A DNA stretch of 64,000 nucleotides, from positions 82,604-146,603 of the forward strand of contig JAZNKB010000003.1 in assembly GCA_045578345.1 (NCBI GenBank), in the 5' to 3' direction. The DNA is from Candidatus Onthoplasma sp. (GTDB taxonomy: Bacteria; Bacillota; Clostridia; Christensenellales; UBA1242). Shown one piece after another: positions 39,081 through 48,033 of this stretch. A model generated the notes under the pieces. It did no database searches. It was not told the DNA's origin and saw only the letters and a program-made list of their open reading frames with translations. How positions within the stretch are numbered: the first letter of the stretch is position 1; every line of letters starts with the position of its first letter. Both the position numbers and the translations under genes were made by a program.

Positions 39081-39187
39081 CAATACCAACACCTTGCAAA
39101 AGCAGATCGTGGGCAACTGCGCTAGACCGCTTGCAGATGGCCCACTGTACCTTGCTTTTGTGTTCAAGGTTTTGATATCTGGTATTG
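39081..39187. other. GC-rich ~107-nt nested hairpin (candidate structured RNA or IS end structure)
   Basis: Pairings CAATACCA/TGGTATTG, ACCTTG/CAAGGT, CAAAAGCA/TGCTTTTG, GTGGGC/GCCCAC, CTGC/GCAG. It is locally much more GC-rich than the flanks. Confidence 0.45.
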
Positions 39188-39319
39188 ATTAGATATTTCA
39201 TTTGAGTATGCAAATTATATTTCAACGATCAAGGTTTGTCAAGATGTAAAATTTAAGCCCCTACTTCTTGACTTCATCTTCGAAAGCGTGCTTTATGTTA
39301 AAGAAAAAAGGAGGTAATC

Positions 39320-39400
39320 ATGATTATATTACAACTCGTACTTGTAATACTTCAGATTGTTGCAGCAATCTTAGATATTATTAATATCAATCACGACTAA
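39320..39400 (+). CDS. 26-aa hydrophobic peptide, type I toxin-like
   Basis: MIILQLVLVILQIVAAILDIININHD. Strong SD AAGGAGG lies 6 nt upstream. A downstream ACTTCCTTT can pair with the SD. Confidence 0.5.
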   Translation: MIILQLVLVILQIVAAILDIININHD

Positions 39401-39685
39401 CTTCCTTTTCGCAAGAAGTTTAGCACACTTCCAAATATTTGTCAAGAGCCACACGATGCCACCCCTAGCCAATATGGACTTATTTAATAACACATCCGAT
39501 TTTGAAGTAAAGTGTCGTAAAAAATTTTTGTTCCTTAATGCAGTTGCTTACCACAAAATTTTTTTACTAAAACTTACGTTTTCCACTTGACTTAAAAATC
39601 TATGGATGTGAATTTTTGTTGATAAGAAGTTGTAAGGCGAAGGCTTACAACTTTCAATTATTATTTATTTAGGAGGAATTTATTT

Positions 39686-40096
39686 ATGTCAAACACATTT
39701 AACAGCGACACGAAGGATTTTAATTTTGTGGTTAACAAAGCATTACTAGAAGTGACACCAATCAGATTAAGAGGCAAAATTGCAGAAAACTTATTAGGAT
39801 ATTACAACGAACTGAGGCAGGAAATTAATAAACTTAAAAGAGACTTGGACATGTTTGAATCCGTCAACAAGTATATTAACGAACATAGTTATGAAGAATT
39901 AGAAAAATTTATTCTAACAAGTAAAAGAAAATCAAATCAAGAAAAAGTTGATTTGTTGGAAAAACTTAGAGAACGATTGTCTATTCATACAGAATCAATC
40001 CTAATTAATAATTATTACTTGGAGAGTGTTATAACTACATATGATGTTTGTGAAACAATCAATGAAATGATATTAGAAATTTTAAGGGAGAATTAA
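39686..40096 (+). CDS. hypothetical coiled-coil protein
   Basis: SD TAGGAGG; 136 aa. Confidence 0.6.
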   Translation: MSNTFNSDTKDFNFVVNKALLEVTPIRLRGKIAENLLGYYNELRQEINKLKRDLDMFESVNKYINEHSYEELEKFILTSKRKSNQEKVDLLEKLRERLSIHTESILINNYYLESVITTYDVCETINEMILEILREN

Positions 40097-40098
40097 TT

Positions 40099-40257
40099 AT
40101 GAAAATTAAATATATGGTTTATTATAAAAATAAATTAAATGAAGATTGGAGACTTCATGGATTATATACAAAAACTGACGCATTAGGAACTGCGAATTTA
40201 TTATTAAAAAATGATAGAATTATCAAAATTGTACCTGTAGAAATAATCAAGTCGTGA
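40099..40257 (+). CDS. hypothetical 52-aa protein
   Basis: SD AAGGGAG, ATG 2 nt after the upstream stop, followed by hairpin CGTGA-gttta-TCACG and a T-run. Not in the ORF track because it is shorter than 60 aa. Confidence 0.5.
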   Translation: MKIKYMVYYKNKLNEDWRLHGLYTKTDALGTANLLLKNDRIIKIVPVEIIKS

Positions 40258-40337
40258 GTTTATCACGGCTTTTTTCTTCAAATATTTGCATTTTTCTTAA
40301 AGTTGTATTATAATGTTACAGTTTTAAGGAGTGGTAA

Positions 40338-40940
40338 ATGAACTTATTACATATGTTATCACAGCAACCCGCAAATCAGACAAAGACATCAATTTCAATA
40401 AATCCCGCGATTGCTTTAACAATAGGATTTGTAGTGCTGTTCATAATAATTTTTGTTATTGCGTTTAAATTTTTAGGTAAAAATGAAGAAAATAAAAAAC
40501 CAGAGAAAGAAGAAAACGAAAACAAAGATGAAGATAAAAGTGAAAAATCTTTCCCTGTTGGAATATTGTTATTAATAGTTGTAGTTATAATCTTGATTAT
40601 AATTCCGTTTATAACTGTAAAATGTAGTTCTGACACATCATCAGATACACCAACTTTAATCACGAGAAACATTACAAAAAGAGACTATTCATATACCACT
40701 TCACAAGATTTAACTTCATATAGCATAACAATTGTTCCAGAACTAGACTTTAAAACGTGCACCATTGAGCTGACTTTATATAATTCAAAAGATAAGGAAA
40801 TATTTTCAGATACATTAACTAAATCTAATTTAAGAAAAAACTCATCATATACATATACATTTGAATTTGGTTTTATTAACTCACTTTCCGGCAGTAGTGT
40901 TTCATTCAATGTTACGGGCAAGTGTTCAACGTTTCAATAA
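40338..40940 (+). CDS. two-TM membrane protein with acidic Lys/Glu linker
   Basis: SD AAGGAG; 200 aa. Confidence 0.6.
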   Translation: MNLLHMLSQQPANQTKTSISINPAIALTIGFVVLFIIIFVIAFKFLGKNEENKKPEKEENENKDEDKSEKSFPVGILLLIVVVIILIIIPFITVKCSSDTSSDTPTLITRNITKRDYSYTTSQDLTSYSITIVPELDFKTCTIELTLYNSKDKEIFSDTLTKSNLRKNSSYTYTFEFGFINSLSGSSVSFNVTGKCSTFQ

Positions 40941-40971
40941 AAAAATCTGACTAAAATAAGTCAGATTTTTT
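40939..40971. terminator. bidirectional terminator
   Basis: A-run, ATCTGAC-taaaataa-GTCAGAT, T-run, between convergent modules. Confidence 0.7.
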
Positions 40972-40981
40972 AATCCAATAA

Positions 40982-41215
40982 TTATTTTCGTTTTGCTTTA
41001 TAACAATTAGCAGAATCTTTACGAGAATCTAAATAACCAGCACGATAAGATAACTGAGTATTTGTAAGTTTAATACCTTTGCCGTTTTCAGTTCTTTTTG
41101 TTTTTCCAGTATTAGTTTTTGCATAACCATATTTTAATTCATTTGCAAATTTTTTTCCTTTTTCTGCTGGATTTAATAAGGTAATCGTTTTACCTTTTCT
41201 AGTAATAGTTTTCAT
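40982..41215 (-). CDS. 77-aa highly basic protein
   Basis: Last gene of the minus-strand block; Lys/Arg/Thr/Gly rich. Confidence 0.55.
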   Translation of the reverse strand: MKTITRKGKTITLLNPAEKGKKFANELKYGYAKTNTGKTKRTENGKGIKLTNTQLSYRAGYLDSRKDSANCYKAKRK

Positions 41216-41221
41216 AAATTT

Positions 41222-43402
41222 TTATTCTCCTTTATCAATTAAATTTTTATTTTCATCAATTTGATGTTTATTCATTAAGTCATTAATAAAATAACTGTTT
41301 TGTTGTTGTAGTTCTGCAAACGTTGCTTTTTCAGTTGCATATTCTTCAAGGTCATTAATTCCTATTGGCGAACGTAATGCTTTTTCAGTGAAGAAATCGC
41401 TGAAACAGTCAGTTGAGAATCTACGTGAATAAATTTTTTTAGACATTATATAATATTTGCGTTCCAATATCTTGCCATCCATTGTGCCATTTTCGACTTG
41501 TGTTCCAGCACACTTATAACCGAAAGTGTTATAAATTCTTTCATGGAAATGGTGAAACCAAGCCACAAACTTTTTGACAAAATACATAAACAGTGTGTTA
41601 TCTGATCTTGTAAATCTATATCTGTAATACAAATCAATGAATTTATTAAACACCCAATCATGTATTAAGTCAGTTAATGCAAAGAATGGCATAGCTAGTT
41701 TTTTATCACTAACTTCATCAATTGTCACAACTTCCAATAAATCACGCGCGTCAGCACCCCAAGATTCAGGACGCTGTTCGTCAGTGATAATTTTAACAAA
41801 AGGAAAATTATCAATAGTAGCCCTATGTCTAATCATTTTTAATGCATCGTTAAAACCATCATTTTTTTGATTGGCAAGCAATTCTTTAATTTTTACTTCT
41901 TGCAAAGTTAAATTATTCTTACGTTCCTTTCCAACTTCAGTTATGTTAACAACACCAATTTCTAAAACATCGCTTTTAATATTGTTTTCAATCATTTTCT
42001 TTCCAAGACGCAAACTATCAAAATCCAAGATATGAGCATGACGACTCTGAACTTCCATAAGTTCAGGATTGCGTCTGAAGAAATTGGTATCCCACATTGG
42101 AAAGTTTCCAATATCGTTTAATATGTTATCAGTTCTTATTGAATAATTAGAAACGATAAGTGAACATTGTAAAATATAAACAAAATATAGTTGAGCATAA
42201 TTTTCAATAACTTTCCAAATATTTGTAATCGTGAGACTGTCATTATAAGTCAATCCATAACGCATATAATCATAGTCATAAATATTTGCTTTTGAATTAT
42301 CAAATTCCCAGTTCTTACGTTTGTTATAAACATAAGTTTTTATTGTTGCAAGATTATATATTTCATGCCTTCGCATTGCGCATTTCAAATCGTTTTCTAA
42401 GTTCACCCAGGGGAAATAAGGAAACTTCATATCATTTTTCAAAATCAATTCAAATGCTTTATCTCTCAACATTACTTCTTGCGAAAGTGCCATATCTGTA
42501 ATAATTGTAGTTTTATGTTTACCCATAGTTCCACACAACATTAACAAAATAGGTCGTTCATTGATCATTCCACAATTCTTGTTTTCAAAATGTTGCAATC
42601 TACTATAACCGATTTTCTTACGCAACCAACATATAAATAGATATGTAAGTATAACCCAAGCAAAAGGTGGAATAAAAGCAAGTGATACACTTATATCTAT
42701 AAACAACTTATAGAATTGAGAATATAAAGTCCCAATATCAAAAGCAACGACAAAGAACAAATAGTAAGCAATAAATTCAATAATGATTGTGACCAAGTTG
42801 AAATTAAATGCCCATATAAACAACCATATTTTGATATATCTATTGTTTTCTTTTAGAAAATCAACAAAACTTTTAAGCCAATTTTTTACTGGAATATAAG
42901 TTTTTGTTGCTAACAATTTAACAAATCTCAAAGGTTTACTATCTATGTTATAATCATTATTTTCAGAACGTAAATATCTTTGAAACAATAGATATAAAAT
43001 CAAGAACATTGGAAGAATAATCAACAGCAAAATTCTGCTGAAATTAAACAATAATGTTCCAAGATAAGAAATATACGCTTGAAAATTATCAGCAGTAGTC
43101 CAAACATCCCAATATTCGTTCCACTTTACAACAAATTCTTCCCAAGTTGCAGGAAGATTAAAGAATGGAGTGAATGGAACGTTGGAAGTGGATGTGACTG
43201 TTGGATTGACATCCCAATCAAAATAGAATATCTCTTGTATATAATAGCGGATTGAATTCCATAAATCCCTAAAAGCTTCGCCAATTCTGACAAAAGCATT
43301 AGGAAAAACAAATATTGTAAAACATAAGAAGATAATTGTGATTCCAAACGCTATATAATGTCTATAATTCAAATTTTTAAGTTTTTCTTTTAATTTATTC
43401 AT
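41222..43402 (-). CDS. polytopic membrane P-loop ATPase (candidate pI/Zot-like morphogenesis ATPase)
   Basis: 726 aa. About 270-aa N-terminal multi-TM region, Walker A LCGTMGKHKTT, Walker-B-like VKIITDEQ. Confidence 0.7.
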   Translation of the reverse strand: MNKLKEKLKNLNYRHYIAFGITIIFLCFTIFVFPNAFVRIGEAFRDLWNSIRYYIQEIFYFDWDVNPTVTSTSNVPFTPFFNLPATWEEFVVKWNEYWDVWTTADNFQAYISYLGTLLFNFSRILLLIILPMFLILYLLFQRYLRSENNDYNIDSKPLRFVKLLATKTYIPVKNWLKSFVDFLKENNRYIKIWLFIWAFNFNLVTIIIEFIAYYLFFVVAFDIGTLYSQFYKLFIDISVSLAFIPPFAWVILTYLFICWLRKKIGYSRLQHFENKNCGMINERPILLMLCGTMGKHKTTIITDMALSQEVMLRDKAFELILKNDMKFPYFPWVNLENDLKCAMRRHEIYNLATIKTYVYNKRKNWEFDNSKANIYDYDYMRYGLTYNDSLTITNIWKVIENYAQLYFVYILQCSLIVSNYSIRTDNILNDIGNFPMWDTNFFRRNPELMEVQSRHAHILDFDSLRLGKKMIENNIKSDVLEIGVVNITEVGKERKNNLTLQEVKIKELLANQKNDGFNDALKMIRHRATIDNFPFVKIITDEQRPESWGADARDLLEVVTIDEVSDKKLAMPFFALTDLIHDWVFNKFIDLYYRYRFTRSDNTLFMYFVKKFVAWFHHFHERIYNTFGYKCAGTQVENGTMDGKILERKYYIMSKKIYSRRFSTDCFSDFFTEKALRSPIGINDLEEYATEKATFAELQQQNSYFINDLMNKHQIDENKNLIDKGE

Positions 43403-43404
43403 AA

Positions 43405-43500
43405 CTAAATCCTAGTTGCTGTAAAAATAAAATAACCAAATACAACTAAAAGCAACGCACCTACAACAACTTTCAAAATATTTATTAATGTCTTTTTCAT
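43405..43500 (-). CDS. 31-aa single-TM peptide (candidate coat-like protein)
   Basis: MKKTLINILKVVVGALLLVVFGYFIFTATRI. It sits 2 nt from both neighbouring genes. Below the ORF-track length cutoff. Confidence 0.5.
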   Translation of the reverse strand: MKKTLINILKVVVGALLLVVFGYFIFTATRI

Positions 43501-43502
43501 AT

Positions 43503-44921
43503 TTAATACCTTGTTTTTTTCTTGTTTTTACTAAACAATTTAAATGGAAGTGAAATAACCCACCATACAATCTTGAAGACAATTTTTATAATCCAAATTA
43601 TTGCTGATATTATAGTTGGCAATATTGGAGCGAAAATAACAATCAAAATAATAATAAGCAATAGCATTAAGATAATCTTAAACATATCATTAAGTTTAAA
43701 TTCATAATTATGTTCAGTAGCAGAATTTTCACTACCAGTTTGCTTGTTATCAATTACAGGCAAATCATATACATTTCCATTTGTTTCAAATTTAAGACGT
43801 AAGACTGTTACATCACCAACGGATGTTTTAGAAATATCACGCATTGCAGATGTATAAACATCAGTATAATCAGTTTCAGTAAATCTCAACACCCATTGTT
43901 TAGATTTTAAATTTGCTTCAGCAACATCAGTTAATGTTTCTTCATCAAACACATCAAACATTGCAACACTAAAAATGTTAGTTCCTTCGGCGTCTTTTAG
44001 AAAATCATCAACACTATTAATTCTTTTCCAAGAGTATTTACGTCCACCGAAGCCATCAGTTTCATAACTTGCGTTTTGCTCATAATTCAAATATTCATAA
44101 TCAGGTTCTACTGAACCATAAGAATATTCGGAACCACCGCCGACAGTGTATACAGCTGTAAATCTTTTTTCTTGTGTTGTAAAGTAGACATCTGCTTCAT
44201 ATAATTTATCAATTGGTTTATCAGTTGAAAATGCAACAAAATGAGAATCACAACCACCATCATAAGCATTTAAATCAAAACCATCTTTATAACGTATAAA
44301 GCCAACAAACTTATCAGTTATTTCAATTGTTTCCAATTCAGAAACAGATGTAATGACACCATCATCAGAATTAATGAATGTGTATTGTTTCGCAACCTTA
44401 AAAACAACTTCATCAATTGTATTGTCGTTTATAGGGTCCAAACCTTTATCTATGTTTTCATCCCATGGTCGATATATTGATATAACTTCGTAATATCTTG
44501 TTGTCTCATCAGAAACAGACAATCCATCAACAACATACTTATAGAAAACACCTTGTTTATTTAAGAAATTGAGCTCATAGTTTTTAATATTTTCCTTAAT
44601 ATGTAATGAACAAGATATATTAATACTGCTTGCACGTAGATTCATATGATCAGCACTAGGTTGATAAACATACACAAACAATTCCTTATCTGAACTTTCT
44701 GCAATTTGCATAACTTGCAAAGAATAATCATCTTCAATCATTGGGTAATCTTCTACATTAAAATTCTCGTCAGTAGATAAATCTTCCAATGCGGTTGTAT
44801 AACCACCTTCAACTGAAATGTTTAACGCGCTGACTGTCATTGAATTTGTTGGAATAAAACATATCAAAATATACAAAACAACAAATATAATCGAGAGTGA
44901 AATTCTTAATGCTTTATTCAT
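43503..44921 (-). CDS. secreted protein with C-terminal TM anchor (candidate adsorption/minor coat protein)
   Basis: 472 aa. N-terminal signal-like ISLSIIFVVLYILICFIPTNSMTVSA, C-terminal hydrophobic anchor, then a KNKKKTRY tail. Confidence 0.7.
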   Translation of the reverse strand: MNKALRISLSIIFVVLYILICFIPTNSMTVSALNISVEGGYTTALEDLSTDENFNVEDYPMIEDDYSLQVMQIAESSDKELFVYVYQPSADHMNLRASSINISCSLHIKENIKNYELNFLNKQGVFYKYVVDGLSVSDETTRYYEVISIYRPWDENIDKGLDPINDNTIDEVVFKVAKQYTFINSDDGVITSVSELETIEITDKFVGFIRYKDGFDLNAYDGGCDSHFVAFSTDKPIDKLYEADVYFTTQEKRFTAVYTVGGGSEYSYGSVEPDYEYLNYEQNASYETDGFGGRKYSWKRINSVDDFLKDAEGTNIFSVAMFDVFDEETLTDVAEANLKSKQWVLRFTETDYTDVYTSAMRDISKTSVGDVTVLRLKFETNGNVYDLPVIDNKQTGSENSATEHNYEFKLNDMFKIILMLLLIIILIVIFAPILPTIISAIIWIIKIVFKIVWWVISLPFKLFSKNKKKTRY

Positions 44922-45502
44922 AATTTACCCCCGCTTATTAAATTGAAATGTATATTAATTGTTTCAGACATATCACTTGAAGATATAGATAAAGTAAATG
45001 CTGGAAGTTTAGTATCAACAACTGTTGGAATATCTGAAAGTGTTGAATCAGGGTAATACAATTGCAATATTTCCGGTAAATCCATATTTGCAGTTAATGT
45101 AAAATAATCTTCATAAGAAACAATAGAAAAACCTTTAGCTAAACTTTGAACATCTGAAAAGTTTGTTTCAGTTCCATCAACTTTAAACGTAAAAGTAGTT
45201 GCAGAAGTAATATTTGGTTTTATTAATATCAAATAACCCGAATCTTCACCTTCAAGAGTGTTATGTATTTCAAACTTATATTCTTTACCTAACGTTAAAT
45301 TGTAGTTTTCAAACTCATGAGTGAAAACAACTTTTCCACACGTTACATAAAAATTCTTCAATGGTGTTGTGAAGTTATTAGTAAAAACAAAAAGAAAACC
45401 AAGTGATAACATCACAACTAACATTATCATGAAATTAGATATTGCTTTTGATGTCTTTTCGTTTGATTTTCTTTTCATAATTTTTATCCTTTTATTCAGC
45501 AA
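44918..45502 (-). CDS. N-terminally anchored membrane protein
   Basis: 194 aa. TM FMIMLVVMLSLGFLFVF. Overlaps both neighbours. Alternative start at 45478. Confidence 0.6.
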   Translation of the reverse strand: MLNKRIKIMKRKSNEKTSKAISNFMIMLVVMLSLGFLFVFTNNFTTPLKNFYVTCGKVVFTHEFENYNLTLGKEYKFEIHNTLEGEDSGYLILIKPNITSATTFTFKVDGTETNFSDVQSLAKGFSIVSYEDYFTLTANMDLPEILQLYYPDSTLSDIPTVVDTKLPAFTLSISSSDMSETINIHFNLISGGKL

Positions 45503-46154
45503 TTATTGGTTCAACATAACCAGTAAATACTGCACCTTCTTCAAATTGAACCCAATTTATAACACCTTCAAATCCAGCATTAAAGTACATACTAACACTA
45601 CATTTTCCTTTTTCAACTATAATTTTAACAGTTGATCCAAAGTTAGAAGTAACGCCCAATGTAACTGATGAAGATTCAGTAAAGTATTTTGAAACAGAAT
45701 ATACTACACCATTAAGAGATAAAGACAAAGTTACATCTCTATCTATATACATCTCTTTATCTTCATTTAAAATTTGTGACAAATGGAAAGTTGTATTTCC
45801 AGAGTTTTTCACATAAAGACCTTCCTCAACTTGATAAGCAGTAAAAGATACAGTTGATGTATCATTTGTAAAGTAATTCCAATTATCAACCAATGGATTA
45901 TTCAAAGTTACATTAGTTTCATCAAATACAGCAACTTCACTTGAATTAATTGCAAAATTGGAATTTTTAAGTAAATTATTACTTTCTTTGGTAACATCTT
46001 GAACAAAAGCGTTTTCTACTTTATTTTTGACCCAATTAAAGTCATCTCTACCGAAGAAAGCAAGTGAAACACCGAGTGTTCCGATTGCAAGCAAAGTGAC
46101 CAGAGATATTGTTAAAATTTTCTTAAATTTATTAGATTTAAATAATTTTCTCAT
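45492..46154 (-). CDS. N-terminally anchored membrane/secreted protein
   Basis: 220 aa. TM ILTISLVTLLAIGTLGVSLAFF. Confidence 0.65.
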   Translation of the reverse strand: MRKLFKSNKFKKILTISLVTLLAIGTLGVSLAFFGRDDFNWVKNKVENAFVQDVTKESNNLLKNSNFAINSSEVAVFDETNVTLNNPLVDNWNYFTNDTSTVSFTAYQVEEGLYVKNSGNTTFHLSQILNEDKEMYIDRDVTLSLSLNGVVYSVSKYFTESSSVTLGVTSNFGSTVKIIVEKGKCSVSMYFNAGFEGVINWVQFEEGAVFTGYVEPIIAE

Positions 46155-46165
46155 ATGTCACCACC

Positions 46166-46609
46166 TTATTTGTAGAATCTAACTTCAACGTCAGATTCAT
46201 ATTTGATAATATCAAATGTTGAGATATCATCATCATTTGTTGGAGTGATTACAATTTTAAACAATTCAGCATCTTCAGGAATAACTCCGTTATATGTAAC
46301 ACCAAAATTGTTTGTTGCAGAAATAAAGTTTTCTTCTGCGTCATAGAAATATAATTGATAAGACAAATCTGCGTCTTCATCAACTTTTACACTTAAACCA
46401 TCAACATCATAGAATCCAGTTGATACAAAACTACCAGCATTTTTTGTAAATTTGCCAGCTTCATCCAATGCGCCAACTTCATAATTTGTAGCGCTGAGTG
46501 TTGTGTATGTTTGACTTGAACCCATACGCACGCATAGACCAATTGCAGCTACTAATACTAAAATACCTACAACCGCAATTAACCAATTTTTCTTAAAAAA
46601 TTTCTTCAT
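46166..46609 (-). CDS. N-terminally anchored membrane/secreted protein
   Basis: 147 aa. TM WLIAVVGILVLVAAIGLCV. Confidence 0.65.
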   Translation of the reverse strand: MKKFFKKNWLIAVVGILVLVAAIGLCVRMGSSQTYTTLSATNYEVGALDEAGKFTKNAGSFVSTGFYDVDGLSVKVDEDADLSYQLYFYDAEENFISATNNFGVTYNGVIPEDAELFKIVITPTNDDDISTFDIIKYESDVEVRFYK

Positions 46610-46618
46610 AAATTCTCC

Positions 46619-46876
46619 TTAATTATCTTCTTCGTCTTCAGAACAAAGACAATCCATAATTTTAATAAAATCTTTTACGAAAGTTTCAAAGGATTTAGTA
46701 GACGCAGACTTTGCATATTTTCTTGACATATCAAGGATGAAGTTATCATAATCTTCAAGATTGCAATCTTTACCTACGTAATAACCGATACATTCATCTC
46801 TTAATGGTAAATCATCAACGTCGATTATATTTACGGACCTTTGAAATTCTCGATAAATTTTCCAAAATCTAAACAT
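46619..46876 (-). CDS. hypothetical 85-aa acidic-tailed protein
   Basis: Tightly packed after rep; no motif recognised. Confidence 0.55.
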   Translation of the reverse strand: MFRFWKIYREFQRSVNIIDVDDLPLRDECIGYYVGKDCNLEDYDNFILDMSRKYAKSASTKSFETFVKDFIKIMDCLCSEDEEDN

Positions 46877-46893
46877 TTTAATACCTCTTAAAT

Positions 46894-47979
46894 TTATAAT
46901 GTTATTTGTTCGTCGCCGAAGTTATCAAAGGGCAAATCAGCATTAGAACAAATTTTGTCAAAAGCAGATTGAAAATCAAATTTCTTTTTGTTTGCTTTTT
47001 TCAAATCTATTAGTTCATTTTTGAACATTCGACCAACTCCGGAAGGTTGTCCGGTAGAGTCAAGACCTGAATCATATACAATAACTTCTTTTTCTGTCAC
47101 AACAACATAACAAGAAATACGTCTATAAAGTTGTTGCAGAGATTCCAGATTGCTTGTCCTCAAATGCTTATACCAATATCGAATTGGAATGGATGAGGTA
47201 ATAACAATCATTTCACCAAGAAAGATTTTATTATGAAAACGACTACTAATCGAAGATTGAGTATTGTTGTCAGTAATCTTCAAAAAATCTTCAAACTTAA
47301 AAGTTTCGTCTCTTAAGTCGTCCAGAATTATTGCTTTTTGACCTAAATAGTCTTGCAAAGGGTCATTGCTTGATGAACTAATACAATAATCATATTCTAA
47401 ACTTTTAAGCAATTTCTTGGCATAATACGTTTTGCCAGTTCCTGCTTTTCCAGTTATGAACATAACTTGTAAGTCCCTATCCGTATTCATACTTGAACAT
47501 AAGCATTCCAACTCCCATAATTTTTTAAGCTGATTTAGCGCCTTTGTCTTTTCAACTATCGGTAATGTGTTTGCATATTGGAGCATTTGAGCATAAGTAA
47601 AGTTCTTAAAATCACCGATTATTTTTGCTTCAGCAACTTCAGTTTGCCAATCAAAATTCGCCACGACTTCACTTGGGTCATATTGATGTTTGTTTTTTTG
47701 ACTATCATTGCCATGAATTAAATACAAGAGTGCGTCAGTTCCACGACCTTTAACTTTTTCAATAAAGTTTTCAGGAACACCAAACCAACTTGCAACGAGT
47801 TTAGAATCACAAGAAGACTTACCAAAATTCAAATATATATGATAATGATTTCTTGTTTCATCTTTGTCGTGCAATATGTAAGCCCATTTTTTAATGGTGG
47901 AATACTTCATACACGTTTCTTGTATATCCACTTGCAACTTGTCTTGGTCAGTTACGATTTCCATATGTCTTAATTGCAT
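46894..47979 (-). CDS. rep: rolling-circle replication initiator: HUH endonuclease fused to P-loop (SF3-helicase-like) domain
   Basis: HUH context WAYILHDKDETRNHYHIYLNF, Walker A ITGKAGTGKTY, Walker B AIILDDL, motif-C-like MIVITSS. Confidence 0.75.
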   Translation of the reverse strand: MQLRHMEIVTDQDKLQVDIQETCMKYSTIKKWAYILHDKDETRNHYHIYLNFGKSSCDSKLVASWFGVPENFIEKVKGRGTDALLYLIHGNDSQKNKHQYDPSEVVANFDWQTEVAEAKIIGDFKNFTYAQMLQYANTLPIVEKTKALNQLKKLWELECLCSSMNTDRDLQVMFITGKAGTGKTYYAKKLLKSLEYDYCISSSSNDPLQDYLGQKAIILDDLRDETFKFEDFLKITDNNTQSSISSRFHNKIFLGEMIVITSSIPIRYWYKHLRTSNLESLQQLYRRISCYVVVTEKEVIVYDSGLDSTGQPSGVGRMFKNELIDLKKANKKKFDFQSAFDKICSNADLPFDNFGDEQITL

Positions 47980-48033
47980 AACTCACCAACTTTTAATATC
48001 AGAAAATAATTCATATTCTTTAACCACCCACGA

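Noticed and set aside
39081-39187. Whether the GC-rich hairpin is SRP RNA, 6S RNA or another housekeeping RNA.
   Set aside because: The apical loop and internal loops lack the SRP domain-IV motifs (GNAR loop, conserved AGCA/GGAA context), and the size and shape do not fit 6S RNA. It is kept only as an unclassified structure.
37834-39300. Terminal inverted repeats that would define a discrete IS30-family insertion sequence around the transposase gene.
   Set aside because: I could not find a convincing 15-30 bp inverted pair by eye. Hairpins at 37908-37935 and 37976-38006 look like terminators instead. IS boundaries are therefore not annotated.
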